The notes below the pieces were generated by a model. It was not told where the DNA came from. It saw only the letters and a list, made by a program, of their open reading frames with translations, and did not search any database. 64,000 bases of DNA from Mobula hypostoma (lineage: Eukaryota), in contig NC_086107.1 in the NCBI RefSeq assembly GCF_963921235.1, positions 99,946,001 to 100,010,000 of the forward strand, read 5' to 3'. Position 1 is the stretch's first letter. Each line of letters starts with the position of its first letter. The position numbers and the translations under genes were made by a program. Shown piece after piece: positions 62,540 to 64,000 of this stretch.

Positions 62540-63565
62540 GACAAGACACACACAATGCTGAAAGAACTCAGCAGGTCAGGCAGCATCTACGGAAATGAAC
62601 AAATTGTTGATGTTTCAGGCTGAGATTCTTCTACCAGGGGTAGACACCAGGATAAGAAGGTTAGGGGGGGAGGGGAAGGAGGATAGCGAGAGGATGATGG
62701 TTGGGTGGTTGGGAAAGGTAAAGGGCTGGAGAGGAAGGAACCGGATAGGAGAGTGGACCATAGGAGAAAGAGAAGGAGGAGGGGTGCTAAGGGAGGCGAT
62801 AGGCAGGTGTGAAGAGGTAAGGGGCCTGAGAGGGGAATATTAGAAGGGGGAGAGGAGAAATCGATATTCATGCCATCAGGTGGGAGTCTACCCACACGGA
62901 ATATAAGGTGTTGCTCCTCCATCCCGAGGGTGACCTCATTGTGGCACAAGAGGAAGGAGAATAGGAATTGAAATTAAAATGCTGAACCAGCAGAAAGTTG
63001 CCTTGCCTTGCCCGACGCCGGCCCCCTAGGCCTGAGTCGACATAGTAGTAGTAGCGGAAAGTTCTGCTTTTGGCGAATGCAGCAGAGGTGATTGATGAAG
63101 CAGTCCTCCAATTTACGAGGGGGCTCACCGGTGTAGAGGAGGCCATGTTGGGAGCACCAGACACAGTAGACGATCTCAGCAGAGTCACGGCTGAAGTGTT
63201 GCCTCACCTGGAAGGACTGCTTGGGGCCTCTGAATGGAGGTGAATGGGCAGACGTAGCACTTTGGCCATTTGCAGGGATAAGTGCCGGGAGGGACGAATG
63301 GAAACAGGAACCATGGAGGGAGCGACCCCTGCAGGAAATGGGGTGGGGAGGTAAAGATATGCTTAGCGGTAGGAGCCCTTTGGAGATGACGGAAATTGCA
63401 GAGGATGATGTGTTGGATGCAGCGGTTCATGGGGTGAAAGGTGAGGACAAGAGCAACTCTATCACCATTGAGGCAGCGAGAAATTGGGTGACACGGATGT
63501 TTGGGAAAAGGAGGAGATGCGGGTGAGGGCTGCGTCAGTGGTGGAGGAAGGGAAACCCCATTATT
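62540..63565 (-). mobile_element. Penelope-like element fragment with GIY-YIG region; contains a ~55-bp LINE 3'-end insertion (63000-63054, (TAG)n tail)
   Basis: VRQHFSRDSAEIVYCVWCSQHGLLYTGE..RKLEDCFINHL; GMEEQHLIFRVGRLPPDGMNIDFS; the insert is flanked by C(A/G)GAAAGTT. Confidence 0.85.
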
Positions 63566-63636
63566 CTACTCTTCCAAATAGGGTGTCAAAATCTCTCCAT
63601 CTAAATTCAAGTGATCAGAGCAGCACCTAAAGTAGC

Positions 63637-63800
63637 TGGCAGCACAGTGCTGCACTGGTAGGGTCCAGTGGCCTTGGGTTCGACCTTTGTGGAAGTTTGC
63701 ACGTTCTCCCTGTGGCCACGGTGGTTTCTTTCGGGTGCTCTGGTTGCCTCCTACACTCCCAGATCCAGGCTGGTAGATTACTTGGCCGCTGTAAACTGCT
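63637..63800 (+). mobile_element. V-type SINE fragment
   Basis: gggttcgacc B box; gtttgcacgttctccctgtg..gggtgctctggttgcctcc. Confidence 0.65.
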
Positions 63801-64000
63801 AAAGGACTTTTCCAGCTGCAGCAATGGAGGAGCCCGGCTTTTGTACACAAAGGGCACAGCTGAAGGTTTTTCAGATATGTTCAACCAGAAGTGATAAATA
63901 AATGATCCATTTTGGTTTCTTCCTGCAATTGCCACACTCTCACACACACACATCTTCAGTCCATTCTGTTAACCCCACAAGACATCAAGGAGTAGCAGAG

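Noticed and set aside
45600..64000. Exons of the usual syntenic neighbours TXN2 or EIF3D
   Set aside because: I found no WCGPC or other recognisable exon in the ORF track or by reading. A short non-coding exon cannot be excluded.

Overview
Vertebrate genomic DNA, inferred from its repeat repertoire (HE1/V-type SINEs, CR1, Penelope-like elements, Rex1-like LINEs) to be a cartilaginous fish, probably a ray. It is not prokaryotic. One host gene is present: FOXRED2 (ER flavoprotein ERFAD) on the + strand, with 8 coding exons from 7147 to 45395. All introns are GT-AG with consistent phases, giving 1908 nt and 635 aa. The rest is a dense, nested mosaic of transposons: a full-length, nearly intact L1 with a TSD, a Charlie/GTF2IRD2-type hAT with TIRs and an 8-bp TSD, Tc1 and pogo remnants, MITEs, a solo LTR, SINEs and many LINE fragments. 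Three observations stand out. (1) Five young, TSD-flanked 100-230 bp Penelope-derived insertions carrying minimal hammerhead-ribozyme motifs cluster in FOXRED2 introns. (2) FOXRED2 appears to have lost its C-terminal ER-retrieval tail through a TAG at 45393, with an in-frame fossil of the tail ending in F-E-E-L still readable in the 3' UTR. (3) Several non-autonomous element families look like independently amplifying units. Boundaries of old, degraded repeats are approximate, and family names rest on motif recognition rather than database searches.
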